From Fibrobacteria bacterium (GTDB lineage: Bacteria; Fibrobacterota; Chitinivibrionia; Chitinivibrionales; FEN-1185): a stretch of 64,000 nucleotides of DNA. The notes beneath the pieces are model-generated. The model had not been told where the DNA came from and did not search any database. It worked only from the letters and a program-made list of their open reading frames with translations. Each line of letters opens with the position of its first letter. Positions within the stretch are counted from its first letter, which is position 1. The position numbers were made by a program, and so were the translations under genes. The stretch covers positions 1-64,000 of the forward strand of contig JBBIGR010000027.1 of the NCBI GenBank assembly GCA_037447435.1. The letters are read 5' to 3'. Below are positions 9,037 to 18,501 of the stretch, in pieces.

Positions 9037-10152
9037 TTATTTCAAGCTTATTCTTCCGGTAATAACGCCGTTGGCCCCTTTTGCAGTAATGATATAAACA
9101 CCCGGCCCGATTTTACTTCTATCGATTTCGCATTGCCCGTTTATTCCGGTTTCTCTGCTCAAAACTCTACCATTCACATCCGACAATATCACGGATATTT
9201 TTCCTTCATTAGCAAGAGAAATTGAAATATTCTGAGCATCCGATTTTAGCGATAAGGTAGTTCCCGCTTTTTCTGAAACCTGTTTGATATTTTCACTTTC
9301 AGTTATTACGCCGGCAAAACTTTTAAGCGCATTAAGCAACAATTTGCAATACATGGTATCGCTAAACGTCTTTGAAATACCGACTCTGGTCGAATAATTA
9401 ACGCTATCATGTCCCATATTGCAATACATGGCGTTATAATTCTTATTTTTCCAAACCACGGGATAATACCCGCTTGTCCAAGACTGACTAGGATCTGTTC
9501 CTAAGGGAAAACTTTTCGGATTGATCGAGCAAAGAATTTTAATGTTGGGATTGTTTCTTAAATCATTTTTCCACGAGTACCATTCGTTGGTGCAACATTT
9601 AAAGGTCTTGGGAAATCCCTTGGTAATGACATTGGACGTATCTTCGACATCGAGTATTGCCGGGGTCGGGAACCAGGTATTATTATTGAAAAGGCCGCTC
9701 CCGAGCAACGTGTCATTATACCATGGCCAATGCGACAAGCAACAATTTGGATCACTTGTGACCATATTAAAAATTGCAACATGGAAACCGATCCACCCAC
9801 CCCCGTTTTTAATGTATGTCTCGAAAGCGTTTCTTTGGCCATTGTCACCAGGATAGTTGTCGAAAAACATGATTACTTTGTAATTTGCCAGTTTTGTCGC
9901 ATTCAAGTCAGAAAAGTTTTTCGTTGAATCATAAATAAAACCATTGGCAGTTGAAACTTTTCTAAACCAGTTATTCGCCTCCAAAGCAAATGCAGCGTGC
10001 GCGGCGTCTCCCATATCAGGATAATTGGTGTAAAACCCCAAGACCTTAAACGGAGACATTTGCGGTTTTGCCTGTACGGATGAATAGTGGCAAAGTAAGA
10101 CTAATACCCCCAAACAAAGCAGCTTCAAAGGTAACCCGATAGATTTACGCAT
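9037..10152 (-). CDS. Secreted ThuA-like domain protein with C-terminal sorting-like domain (paralogue 3)
   Basis: Start re-called at MRKSIG, which has a G-rich RBS. GGGWIGFHVA, NEWYSW, YPVVWKN and NMGH motifs; C-terminal DVNGRVL...PGVYII. Confidence 0.8.
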   Translation of the reverse strand: MRKSIGLPLKLLCLGVLVLLCHYSSVQAKPQMSPFKVLGFYTNYPDMGDAAHAAFALEANNWFRKVSTANGFIYDSTKNFSDLNATKLANYKVIMFFDNYPGDNGQRNAFETYIKNGGGWIGFHVAIFNMVTSDPNCCLSHWPWYNDTLLGSGLFNNNTWFPTPAILDVEDTSNVITKGFPKTFKCCTNEWYSWKNDLRNNPNIKILCSINPKSFPLGTDPSQSWTSGYYPVVWKNKNYNAMYCNMGHDSVNYSTRVGISKTFSDTMYCKLLLNALKSFAGVITESENIKQVSEKAGTTLSLKSDAQNISISLANEGKISVILSDVNGRVLSRETGINGQCEIDRSKIGPGVYIITAKGANGVITGRISLK

Positions 10153-10177
10153 GCGACCCCCCAAAAATGTGAAAAAA

Positions 10178-11299
10178 TTATTTAATCGTATTATTTTCCA
10201 AGCAAATTTTCTGCGAAATAACAGTTTTTGCATTTTTAACTCTTATAAAGTAAATACCTTGTTTCAGTTTATCGTACTCAATCCGGGCAATCCCGTTGAG
10301 TGAACGCGCTGAAGCAACCGTTATTCCAAGTGCATTGCACAATGTCGCGTTCATTTGCTCATGCGACGAAAGCGAAATTTCCAAATCATTGCCCACAGTT
10401 TTCACCAGCAATTCCTGCTTTGGAGATTCCGTAACGACGGAAATAGTTTTACCTTGCTCCACTTCGGTGGTTACACCGGCTTCCCACTTAATGGTGTTAA
10501 GAACAAATTTCGCAAAACTTGCATTAGTAAAAGACGTCGACACGCCGACATCGTCGGCGCGGTTATGGCCGATATTCGAGTACACCATTTTATATTTCGT
10601 ATTTGTCCAAATGACCGGTACATAACCCGTTCCGCTCCAGGTAAATACCCCCTGCGTACCGACAGGGTATGCGCTTTTATCTATGGAGGCGAGGACTTTC
10701 ATGTCCGGATTCTTCCGCAAATCGTTTTGCCAGCTGTAAAACTCGTTGTCAGGTGATTTGAATGACGCACCCAATCCTTTCATCGCGGGATGGGTCGTAT
10801 CTTCAACTAAAAGCAACGGTCCGGAGGGTGGCCAGGTGTTCGAAACAAATTGACCCATGGCCAAAAATGTTTTCGTATACCAGTCCCAGTTTGCCGGATC
10901 TATGGAATTATTGAATGCGCTGACATGATAACCTATGAATCCACCGCCGTTGGTCATATAATTTTGAAACGCCGTCCGTTGCCCGGCATCCCACGGAAAT
11001 GCATCCAAAAACATGATCACCTTGTAATTGGCCAGCTTGGTAGCATTGAGATCGCCCCAATTCGTCGTATTTTCATAAATAAACCCGTTGGCGGCGGCGA
11101 CAGTCGGAAACCAGGCGTTTGCCTCTTTGGCAAAGCTTCGATGGCCTCCGTCTGCCATGTTTGCAGGCGTTGTAGAAAAACCCAATACCTTAAAGGGAGA
11201 GGTCTGAGGTTTGGCGGAAGTTATAGATATAACCAGCAGCGATGTAAAAACACCGACGATTATCTTTATTGTCCATTTCCTAAAAGCCTTAACAACCAT
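10178..11299 (-). CDS. Secreted ThuA-like domain protein with C-terminal sorting-like domain (paralogue 2)
   Basis: Start re-called at MVVKAF. GGGFIGYHVSA, NEFYSW, PVIWTN and NIGH motifs; C-terminal QGIYFIRV. Confidence 0.8.
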   Translation of the reverse strand: MVVKAFRKWTIKIIVGVFTSLLVISITSAKPQTSPFKVLGFSTTPANMADGGHRSFAKEANAWFPTVAAANGFIYENTTNWGDLNATKLANYKVIMFLDAFPWDAGQRTAFQNYMTNGGGFIGYHVSAFNNSIDPANWDWYTKTFLAMGQFVSNTWPPSGPLLLVEDTTHPAMKGLGASFKSPDNEFYSWQNDLRKNPDMKVLASIDKSAYPVGTQGVFTWSGTGYVPVIWTNTKYKMVYSNIGHNRADDVGVSTSFTNASFAKFVLNTIKWEAGVTTEVEQGKTISVVTESPKQELLVKTVGNDLEISLSSHEQMNATLCNALGITVASARSLNGIARIEYDKLKQGIYFIRVKNAKTVISQKICLENNTIK

Positions 11300-11331
11300 A
11301 TTCCCCCCGGGAAATAAATACAGTCCGTTTC

Positions 11332-12417
11332 CTATTGCAAAAACATTTTCTGGGACACGGTCGCTCCCAGGTAGTTTGCAGAAAGAACATACATACCCGA
11401 CGGTATCGCATTTCTGTTTAATTTGCAAAAACCCATGCCTTGCGCCTTTTCAATCACCCTGCCGTTGACATCGGTAAGTGTTGCCGAAATGGACGTTGCC
11501 GCAGGAACGCTCAAGGTTATAAAATTCTTTCCGGTGTTCACGTCGAGCTTATATGCCATGTCCGAAAGGATTTTAAAAGGGTTTGCGGACTTGACTGAAG
11601 TGGGTTTTGTCCCCAACCACATGATCGCGTCGGTGAGGAAATTGGACATATTGGAATCGTTGCTGGTTACGGCAAGCGCTCCATGACCGATATTGCAGTA
11701 AATCATTCTTTTGAATGCGGTATTCGTCCAGATTACCGGTACATCGACACCCTTTGGAATAACATCGCTGGCATGTTGTCCGTCTCCATTGCCAAACGGT
11801 AAAGCGGTAGGATCGATGGATACCAGGACTTTTATTCCTGCCGTGAGTCGCGGGCTCGGGCACCACTGGTAATATTCGTTGACCGGACCGGTCCAATTTT
11901 TGGCAACATGTATTGTTGCCGGATGGGTCTGATCGTCGGTTATAAGCTTGACGCTTGCAGGGGGCCAATTGTTTTTACAGTAATTGCCTTGATGAATAAA
12001 GGTTTGTTCCCAGGGCCAATTTGTTGAAGCGTCGTAATAGCCGGATGCATGAAAGCCCATCCACGCGCCGCCATTTTCCATGTATTTCTGAAATTCCGTA
12101 TGTTGGGCATCGGTGTAGGTAAACAGATTAAGCCACAATACAGCGTCGTACTGGGACATAAACGCGTAGTTGCAATTGTTCTTCCAGTCTTTGGTGGAAT
12201 CGAATTGAAAATTGTTCTTTGCCGCTAGTTTTGTATAAAATTGAATCGCCGCATGCGCATAGTCTTTATGCGCCTGCTCCACCGTGTCGGAATAAAAACC
12301 GATAACCTTAAAAAGCGGTGTTGCGGCAAAGGATGTTTTTACAGAGGCGCCTAAAAAAACGAAGCATCCGGCGCAGATACAAATGAATGCAAACTTTCCC
12401 GCTGCAGTTTTTTTCAC
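11332..12417 (-). CDS. Secreted ThuA-like domain protein with C-terminal sorting-like domain (paralogue 1)
   Basis: GTG start and signal peptide. GGAWMGFHAS, NEYYQW, PVIWTN and NIGH motifs; C-terminal DVNGRVI...SGMYVL. Confidence 0.8.
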   Translation of the reverse strand: MKKTAAGKFAFICICAGCFVFLGASVKTSFAATPLFKVIGFYSDTVEQAHKDYAHAAIQFYTKLAAKNNFQFDSTKDWKNNCNYAFMSQYDAVLWLNLFTYTDAQHTEFQKYMENGGAWMGFHASGYYDASTNWPWEQTFIHQGNYCKNNWPPASVKLITDDQTHPATIHVAKNWTGPVNEYYQWCPSPRLTAGIKVLVSIDPTALPFGNGDGQHASDVIPKGVDVPVIWTNTAFKRMIYCNIGHGALAVTSNDSNMSNFLTDAIMWLGTKPTSVKSANPFKILSDMAYKLDVNTGKNFITLSVPAATSISATLTDVNGRVIEKAQGMGFCKLNRNAIPSGMYVLSANYLGATVSQKMFLQ

Positions 12418-12779
12418 AAACGCCCCCCCCTTTTGGAGAAATGGTTCATTCTTGTATACACAAGGTGCGAACTAATGAACCATGCACTGGTATTTTTTTA
12501 CCCGGCTACTATTTGATTTTCGATTTTTTTTTCTTTTCCAATGCCCACCCAAAGGCACCGAAAAACACAACTTGTATCGACAAGTTCGTTATAGGATAAA
12601 ATAAGGAATTATTGCCCAAAAAACCGATTTTTTAAAAAAAAGTGTACTCAAAACGTGTACATTATCATAGCAGAAAATTGAAGCGACAAGTTTGAGGCTG
12701 AATAATTAAGAAATTAGCAGCGGGAAAGTAAGATGTTAAGCAAAAAGGAGAAAAATTCAAAATATAAAGCGTTGTATAG

Positions 12780-12818
12780 TAAAAGATAAGGGGAAATTAC
12801 ATTTCCCCTTATCTTTTA
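12780..12818 (-). terminator. Rho-independent terminator of the DUF4912 gene
   Basis: Long perfect stem TAAAAGATAAGGGGAAAT/ATTTCCCCTTATCTTTTA. Confidence 0.8.
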
Positions 12819-12844
12819 AACCTGTCTGTTGCTCCGATTTTCCG

Positions 12845-13882
12845 TCAATATCGGGAGCTGGACGAAAAGTCGCTAAAACCGCCGGAACCCGAACTATTGG
12901 CAAGCTGATGTTCTTCGACCAGTCCTGCATGGCCGACAAAAGTTTCCGCAGCGGCAAAACGACGCTCGCTCGCCCCTAATGGCGTCTGCATAGCCTCGGA
13001 AGACATACGGATGAGTTCATCTGTTGCAACAGTGTCCCATTCCTCATCCATAAACTGGCTCACACCCTTTCTCGGTATACCGACAATATTCGAGCGTGCG
13101 GCAAAATAAAACCGTCCGTCTTTTGTGAGCAAACCGATTTCAAGAAGATAGGTATGATTGGACTCTGGTACTTGCACATACCAATTATTTGCAAATTCGT
13201 TGATTTCAATATCGGTATATCTTTGAGGATTAGAACCGTCATAGGAATTGTCGGTAACATCGATAAGCCGGAGTACCCGTTTAGCGGTACCATAGCCTTC
13301 GGCACCCATTTTTACACGTAAATCATTTCGGCATTGCTCGCTCAGTTCCCAAAAAACGAACATCCATTGAGGATCGCGCGGTATTGCGCGCAAATAGGTT
13401 TCATTATACGAATCCGGAATATCGGTTTTGAAAAAATACTTAGGCCCATCGCCGATATTTTTTTTCATTATCGATATCCGTTCTTTTCCGTTACCGTTGC
13501 CTTTGCCATTTCCATTCTTGACGCCATTACTTTTAGCAGAGGACTTTTTAGCAATCTCTTTAACCGTTTGTTTGGGAATATCTTTTTCAGCGGCCCTTTT
13601 TACCTCAGGACTTCGAATCGGTTTTGAAGCTTCCTTACGTTTGGCCTTTGAAGCCGAAGTATCGATTTCAATTTTATTACCTAATTTTTTAGCAACGGAA
13701 GCCTTTACGGTTACTTTTTTTTCCGCTACCGGTTTTGTGGGTTTTTCTTTTTTGGCAGGAGTTTTCTCAATTCGATTAGCAATTTGGGAAACTGGTTTGG
13801 CATCTTTGGGCTTTCGCGTTAAAAGATTTTTTACCATATTTGCAACACCCGAAAGCTTTTGTTTCTTATTTTCAGTAGCCAT
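12845..13882 (-). CDS. DUF4912 domain protein with Lys-rich low-complexity N-terminus
   Basis: IPDSYNETYLRAIPRDPQWMFVFWE, LRLIDVT, NNWYVQVP, EIGLLT.DG.F...ARSN and a Ser/Gly tail, all typical of DUF4912. Confidence 0.8.
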   Translation of the reverse strand: MATENKKQKLSGVANMVKNLLTRKPKDAKPVSQIANRIEKTPAKKEKPTKPVAEKKVTVKASVAKKLGNKIEIDTSASKAKRKEASKPIRSPEVKRAAEKDIPKQTVKEIAKKSSAKSNGVKNGNGKGNGNGKERISIMKKNIGDGPKYFFKTDIPDSYNETYLRAIPRDPQWMFVFWELSEQCRNDLRVKMGAEGYGTAKRVLRLIDVTDNSYDGSNPQRYTDIEINEFANNWYVQVPESNHTYLLEIGLLTKDGRFYFAARSNIVGIPRKGVSQFMDEEWDTVATDELIRMSSEAMQTPLGASERRFAAAETFVGHAGLVEEHQLANSSGSGGFSDFSSSSRY

Positions 13883-14040
13883 TCCAATCCTCCTCTAAAT
13901 TGCATTGATTCAGATTATGCAGATAAGAGCATCTTTTCCCATAATTAAGAAAGTCATCAGACTAAATTACATTTTCACTCTCAATAATAACAATGGTTAA
14001 TTATCCAATAGTTGATAACTATTTGCAATATTTATGCCAT

Positions 14041-14078
14041 AAAAAAGGGCGGCATATTTTAAAATAAATATGCCGCCC
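14041..14078 (-). terminator. Rho-independent terminator ending the fab-rnc-acyl-CoA dehydrogenase operon
   Basis: Stem GGGCGGCATATTT/AAATATGCCGCCC followed by U6 on the minus strand. Confidence 0.85.
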
Positions 14079-14103
14079 CTATACTAATCAATAATAATCT
14101 GCT

Positions 14104-15258
14104 CTATTCGGCAGCTGCGCCTTTAATGAGGGCCAAGGCTATTTCGTTTCGTTGAATTTGATTTGTTCCTTCGTAAATCTGGGTTATCTTGGCATCACGC
14201 ATACGTTTTTCCATAGGATATTCGCGCATGTAACCGTAACCGCCCATTACCTGTAACGCATCGACCGTAACTTTCATTGCAACATCGGAACAGAAAAGTT
14301 TCGTCATTGCCGATTCTTTGGCAAACTTCTTTTCTCCCGCATCAATAGTACGGGCTGTAGCATACATAAGTGCCCGTGCAGCTTCGATTTGCGTTGCCAT
14401 GTCGGCAAGCATATGCTGTACGGCCTGAAACCCGGAAATGGCCTGGCCGAATTGGACGCGTTCGCGTGAATACTTAATAGCGTCTTCAAGCGCGCCGGCT
14501 GCGATTCCGAGGGCTTGCGAGCCTACGCCGGGACGAGAATAATTGAGAGTATTGATTGCGACAATCGCGCCCATACCTTCACGGGCCAAAAGGTTTTCTT
14601 TCGGCACTTTGCAGTCCTGGAAAACAAGTTCGGTGGTACTCGACGCACGAATTCCCATTTTATCTTCGTGCTTTCCAAATGTAAATCCCGGAGTGCCCTT
14701 TTCGACGATAAAAGCGCTTATTCCGCGCGCACCTTTTGCCACATTGGTTTTGGCAAGCACGGTATAGATTTCCGCATTTTCACCGTTTGTAATCCACTGC
14801 TTGGTCCCGTTCAGAACATAATAATCGCCTTGCAACACGGCAGTCGTCTTCATTCCCAGCGCGTCGGAACCCGCATTTGCTTCCGTCAAACCGAAGGCTG
14901 CAAGTTTTTTGCCTGATGCGATATCGGGAAGGTATTTCTTTTTCTGGGCGTCGCTGGCGAAAAGCAGAATCGGAAATGTTCCGAGCGCCGTTGCCGCGAG
15001 GGCGAGGGAAATGCCGCCGTCGATTTTGGATAATTCTTCAACGCAAAGGCACAACTCCATAACGCCGCCGCCCATCCCGCCGTATTCTTCGGGAATATAG
15101 AGCCCGCACAAGTCGGCCTCGGCACATGCTTTGACGACGTCCCAGGGGAAAATGCCCTCGTGGTCATATTTTTCTCGAACGGGAAGTATCACTTTTTGTG
15201 CAATTTCCCGTGCAGTTTCGACTATCATTTGTTGTTCTTCAGTCAGGAACCAGTTCAT
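14104..15258 (-). CDS. Acyl-CoA dehydrogenase (short/branched-chain, butyryl-CoA dehydrogenase-like)
   Basis: AFGLTEANAGSDA, LNGTKQWITNG, EDKMGIRAS and RDAKITQIYEGTNQIQR motifs. Start MNWFLT overlaps the 3' end of rnc by 20 nt. Confidence 0.92.
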   Translation of the reverse strand: MNWFLTEEQQMIVETAREIAQKVILPVREKYDHEGIFPWDVVKACAEADLCGLYIPEEYGGMGGGVMELCLCVEELSKIDGGISLALAATALGTFPILLFASDAQKKKYLPDIASGKKLAAFGLTEANAGSDALGMKTTAVLQGDYYVLNGTKQWITNGENAEIYTVLAKTNVAKGARGISAFIVEKGTPGFTFGKHEDKMGIRASSTTELVFQDCKVPKENLLAREGMGAIVAINTLNYSRPGVGSQALGIAAGALEDAIKYSRERVQFGQAISGFQAVQHMLADMATQIEAARALMYATARTIDAGEKKFAKESAMTKLFCSDVAMKVTVDALQVMGGYGYMREYPMEKRMRDAKITQIYEGTNQIQRNEIALALIKGAAAE

Positions 15259-16051
15259 TATGGATGACTCCTTGTTTTTTGGTGAGTATATCTTCTTTGT
15301 TATATGTTTCCAAGGCGGATCGAGCCGCATTTTGCTCGGCTATTTTTTTGTTTGGGCCGCTGCCTTCCCCAAGCTTGACACCTGCAATTTCAATTTGCAT
15401 GGTGAACTCCTTGGCATGTTCCGGACCGCTTGAGGCGATCACCTGGTATCGCGGAATGCCGAAACCGTCGCGCTGGGATAATTCAAGTATCTTGCTTTTG
15501 TAGTTGATGTTCGACACATCCTTACAAAACGCGTCGATGGACCCGAACAAAAACCGCTGCAAAAACAGGCGCGACGAAACAAGCCCCCCGTCGAGGTATA
15601 TTGCGCCGATCACGGCCTCAAAAGCATTCGACATGATCGATGTCCGCTGCATGCCTCCGGATTTCTTCTCCGAATAGCCGAACAGCAGGAATTCACCCAT
15701 GTTAAAACCCTGCGCGATTTCGCCGAGTATTTTCCTGGATACGACAAGCGACTTGATTTTGGAAAGCTGACCTTCGGATTTTGTCGGGTACAAGGAATAC
15801 AGGTGCTCCGTTACCAAGCAATTGAGTACCGCATCGCCTAAAAACTCAAGCCGTTCGTTTGAATCGAGCCCTTTTTTGTCTTCCGGGCCAACGCTTGATT
15901 TATGCGTAAGCGCCTGCGTGAGCAATTGCGGATTGCGGAACTTGTATCCTATTGTATTTTGAAAAGTCCTGAGTGAAGAAGCGGTTTCCGGGGGCTTTGC
16001 AAATAATGAAAATATTTGCAAAAGCCCTCGTTTGCGCTTTGGACTATGCAT
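15239..16051 (-). CDS. rnc: Ribonuclease III
   Basis: NERLEFLGDAVL signature, FEAVIGAIYLDGG and a C-terminal dsRBD (GPEHAKEF, KKIAEQNAA). Confidence 0.96.
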   Translation of the reverse strand: MHSPKRKRGLLQIFSLFAKPPETASSLRTFQNTIGYKFRNPQLLTQALTHKSSVGPEDKKGLDSNERLEFLGDAVLNCLVTEHLYSLYPTKSEGQLSKIKSLVVSRKILGEIAQGFNMGEFLLFGYSEKKSGGMQRTSIMSNAFEAVIGAIYLDGGLVSSRLFLQRFLFGSIDAFCKDVSNINYKSKILELSQRDGFGIPRYQVIASSGPEHAKEFTMQIEIAGVKLGEGSGPNKKIAEQNAARSALETYNKEDILTKKQGVIHNELVPD

Positions 16052-17282
16052 ACTTCCCGACTATCAGCGACACATTATGACCGCCGAAACCGAATGAATT
16101 GCTCAACGCATACCGTACCTGGCGTTTGACGGCCGTGTTCGGCGTATAATTGAGATCGCAATCGGGATCCGGGTCTTCGTAATTGATTGTCGGATGCACA
16201 ATGTCGTTTTTAACGGACAAAACGCTCGCAACGAGTTCGATGCCGCCCGACGCACCCAAGAGATGGCCGGTAATGGACTTTGTCGAACTCACATTGATGT
16301 TTTTTGCATGCTCACCAAAAACTTTTTTGATGGCACAAGTCTCGTTTTTGTCGTTAAGGTCCGTCGAAGTGCCGTGAGCATTGATATAATCGATGTCCGA
16401 AGTCTTTAGGCCTGCCGTTGAAAGTGCCATGGCCATAGACCGGCATCCTCCTTCGGCTTCGGGAGCGGGAGCGGACAGATGATACGCATCACCGGTTGCA
16501 CCGTACCCCACCATTTCGGCATAGATTTTTGCTCCGCGGGCCAGGGCGTGGTCAAGCGTTTCGAGAACCAATATCCCGGCACCTTCACCCATGACAAATC
16601 CGTCTCGTTTTTTATCGAAGGGCGAACTTGCTTTTTGAGGATTATCGTTACGGGTCGACATTGCTTTCATTGAACAGAATCCGGCAAACGACAGCGGTGT
16701 AATAGCCGCCTCTGCGCCACCTGTGATCGCAACGTCCATCATGCCGCTTTTCAGCATCATGAAGGAATCTCCGATTGCATGACCACCAGACGCACATGCG
16801 CTCACCACGCTGTAGTTAGGTCCCTTTAGGCCGTAGCCGATGGAAACCCTGCCAGCCGCCATGTCCGGTATCATCATAGGAATAAGAAAAGGAGAAACAC
16901 GGCTCGGTCCTCGAGAGAGGAGTTTGCTATGTTCCGTTTCCAATGTCTTAAGCCCACCGATACCAGAGCCGATTATTGTTCCGATCCTGGTTAAATCTTC
17001 GGATGCAAGATTGAGTCCTGCGTCCTTGATTGCAGCATCCGCCGCAAACACCGCAAACAGGATAAAACGATCCGTCCTGTTTACTTCTTTTGTATCGACA
17101 ACACCCGAAAAATCGATATTTTGAACAATACCGGCGATTTTTGTCGGGTAATTTGTCGTATCAAAAGTTGTTATTTTATCAAGTCCGGATTTCCCGGTAA
17201 GAAGGGAATCCCAGAACGACTGCACTGTATTGCCAACAGGGCTGACAACACCTAAACCGGTTACAACGACTCTTTTGGACAT
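16044..17282 (-). CDS. fabF: 3-oxoacyl-ACP synthase II
   Basis: RVVVTGLG, SACASG (catalytic Cys), YINAHGTST, KSITGHLLGA and SNSFGFGGHN. Confidence 0.97.
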   Translation of the reverse strand: MSKRVVVTGLGVVSPVGNTVQSFWDSLLTGKSGLDKITTFDTTNYPTKIAGIVQNIDFSGVVDTKEVNRTDRFILFAVFAADAAIKDAGLNLASEDLTRIGTIIGSGIGGLKTLETEHSKLLSRGPSRVSPFLIPMMIPDMAAGRVSIGYGLKGPNYSVVSACASGGHAIGDSFMMLKSGMMDVAITGGAEAAITPLSFAGFCSMKAMSTRNDNPQKASSPFDKKRDGFVMGEGAGILVLETLDHALARGAKIYAEMVGYGATGDAYHLSAPAPEAEGGCRSMAMALSTAGLKTSDIDYINAHGTSTDLNDKNETCAIKKVFGEHAKNINVSSTKSITGHLLGASGGIELVASVLSVKNDIVHPTINYEDPDPDCDLNYTPNTAVKRQVRYALSNSFGFGGHNVSLIVGKYA

Positions 17283-17302
17283 GCTCTATCTTTCGTTATT
17301 GA

Positions 17303-17536
17303 TTAAAGCTTGCTAGAGAGATAATCAAATGCATCTTTGACGGTTTTGAGCTTTTCGGCATCTTCATCGGGAATTTCGATGTCGAATGCATCTTCGAATG
17401 CCATAATAAGTTCGACCTGGTCGAGTGAATCCGCGCCAAGATCGTCGACAAACGAAGCTGCCGGGGTTACTTTGTCTTCACTTACTCCAAGCTTCTCTGC
17501 AATAATCTGCTTAATCTTGGTATCTTTCTCGCTCAC
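17303..17536 (-). CDS. acpP: Acyl carrier protein
   Basis: 77 aa with DDLGADSLD phosphopantetheine site and [10 protein letters not shown]. Confidence 0.97.
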   Translation of the reverse strand: MSEKDTKIKQIIAEKLGVSEDKVTPAASFVDDLGADSLDQVELIMAFEDAFDIEIPDEDAEKLKTVKDAFDYLSSKL

Positions 17537-17652
17537 ACTGGACTCCTTTCGAGAGTGTTATTGATGCTTAAAACTAAAAGACCAATTTACTATGAAATAA
17601 CCTGTACATTACTTTAAAAATTTAAAGCCTACATAAAATGCTTGTTTGCAGC

Positions 17653-18396
17653 CTACATTACAAGTCCGCCGTCGACAGTAATGACCTGACCCGTGATATA
17701 CGACGCGAGCGGCGAAGCCAAAAACAATACGGCGTTTGCCACATCGGCGGGTAATCCCAGTTTTTGCATGGGTATATGGGCAGAAAGCTTTTCCTTATCG
17801 GCAGGTGATAATTTATCGGTCATTGCAGTTTGAATAAATCCCGGTGCAACCGCGTTAACGGTGATGTTGCGTGTTGCGAATTCCTTTGCCAAAGTTTTCG
17901 ACAAACCGATAAGGCCGGCTTTGGATGCAGAGTAATTTGCCTGTCCGGCATTCCCCATGAGCCCGACAACCGAAGCGATATTAATGATGGTTCCGGTACG
18001 CGCTTTCATCATAATACGGCTTACTTCTTTACAACATAAAAATGCACTTTTAAGATTGATATTCAGAACAAGATCCCAATCTTCTTCCTTCATTCGCATG
18101 ATGAGTCCGTCGCGGGTGATTCCGGCATTATTGACCAGAATATCCATCGTCGTAAAAGCAGCGCAAAAATCGGCTACCATTTGAGCAATATCGCCTGCTT
18201 TGGAAACATCGGCTTTTAAAGCGAGACTTTTAATTCCAAGGGAAGCAAGTTCAGCCGCAGTTGCCTGGGCCGTAGAAAGGTCTATATCGCATATTGCGAC
18301 GTTTGCTCCGGCTTTTGCAAGCGTTAAGGCAATTTCTTTTCCAATTCCTCTTCCACCACCGGTCACTAATGCGTTTTTTCCTGAAAGATTTATCAC
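17653..18396 (-). CDS. fabG: 3-oxoacyl-ACP reductase
   Basis: TGGGRGIG, NNAGITRD and GNAGQANYSASK motifs; position in the fab operon. Confidence 0.96.
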   Translation of the reverse strand: MINLSGKNALVTGGGRGIGKEIALTLAKAGANVAICDIDLSTAQATAAELASLGIKSLALKADVSKAGDIAQMVADFCAAFTTMDILVNNAGITRDGLIMRMKEEDWDLVLNINLKSAFLCCKEVSRIMMKARTGTIINIASVVGLMGNAGQANYSASKAGLIGLSKTLAKEFATRNITVNAVAPGFIQTAMTDKLSPADKEKLSAHIPMQKLGLPADVANAVLFLASPLASYITGQVITVDGGLVM

Positions 18397-18413
18397 GGCA
18401 CACTCCTCAAATT

Positions 18414-18498
18414 TCAGAGTTACTAGTCAGAAGTTAGAAGTAAGAAGTCTCACGAAACTATTCATCTTTTAACACCCAACTTCGAACTTCGAACCTGT
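18414..18498. repeat. Two arrays of degenerate 7-nt repeats in inverted orientation between fabD and fabG
   Basis: tcagagt-tactagt-cagaagt-tagaagt-aagaagt (18414-18448) and aacttcg-aacttcg-aacctgt (18478-18498). Confidence 0.6.
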
Positions 18499-18501
18499 TT
18501 T

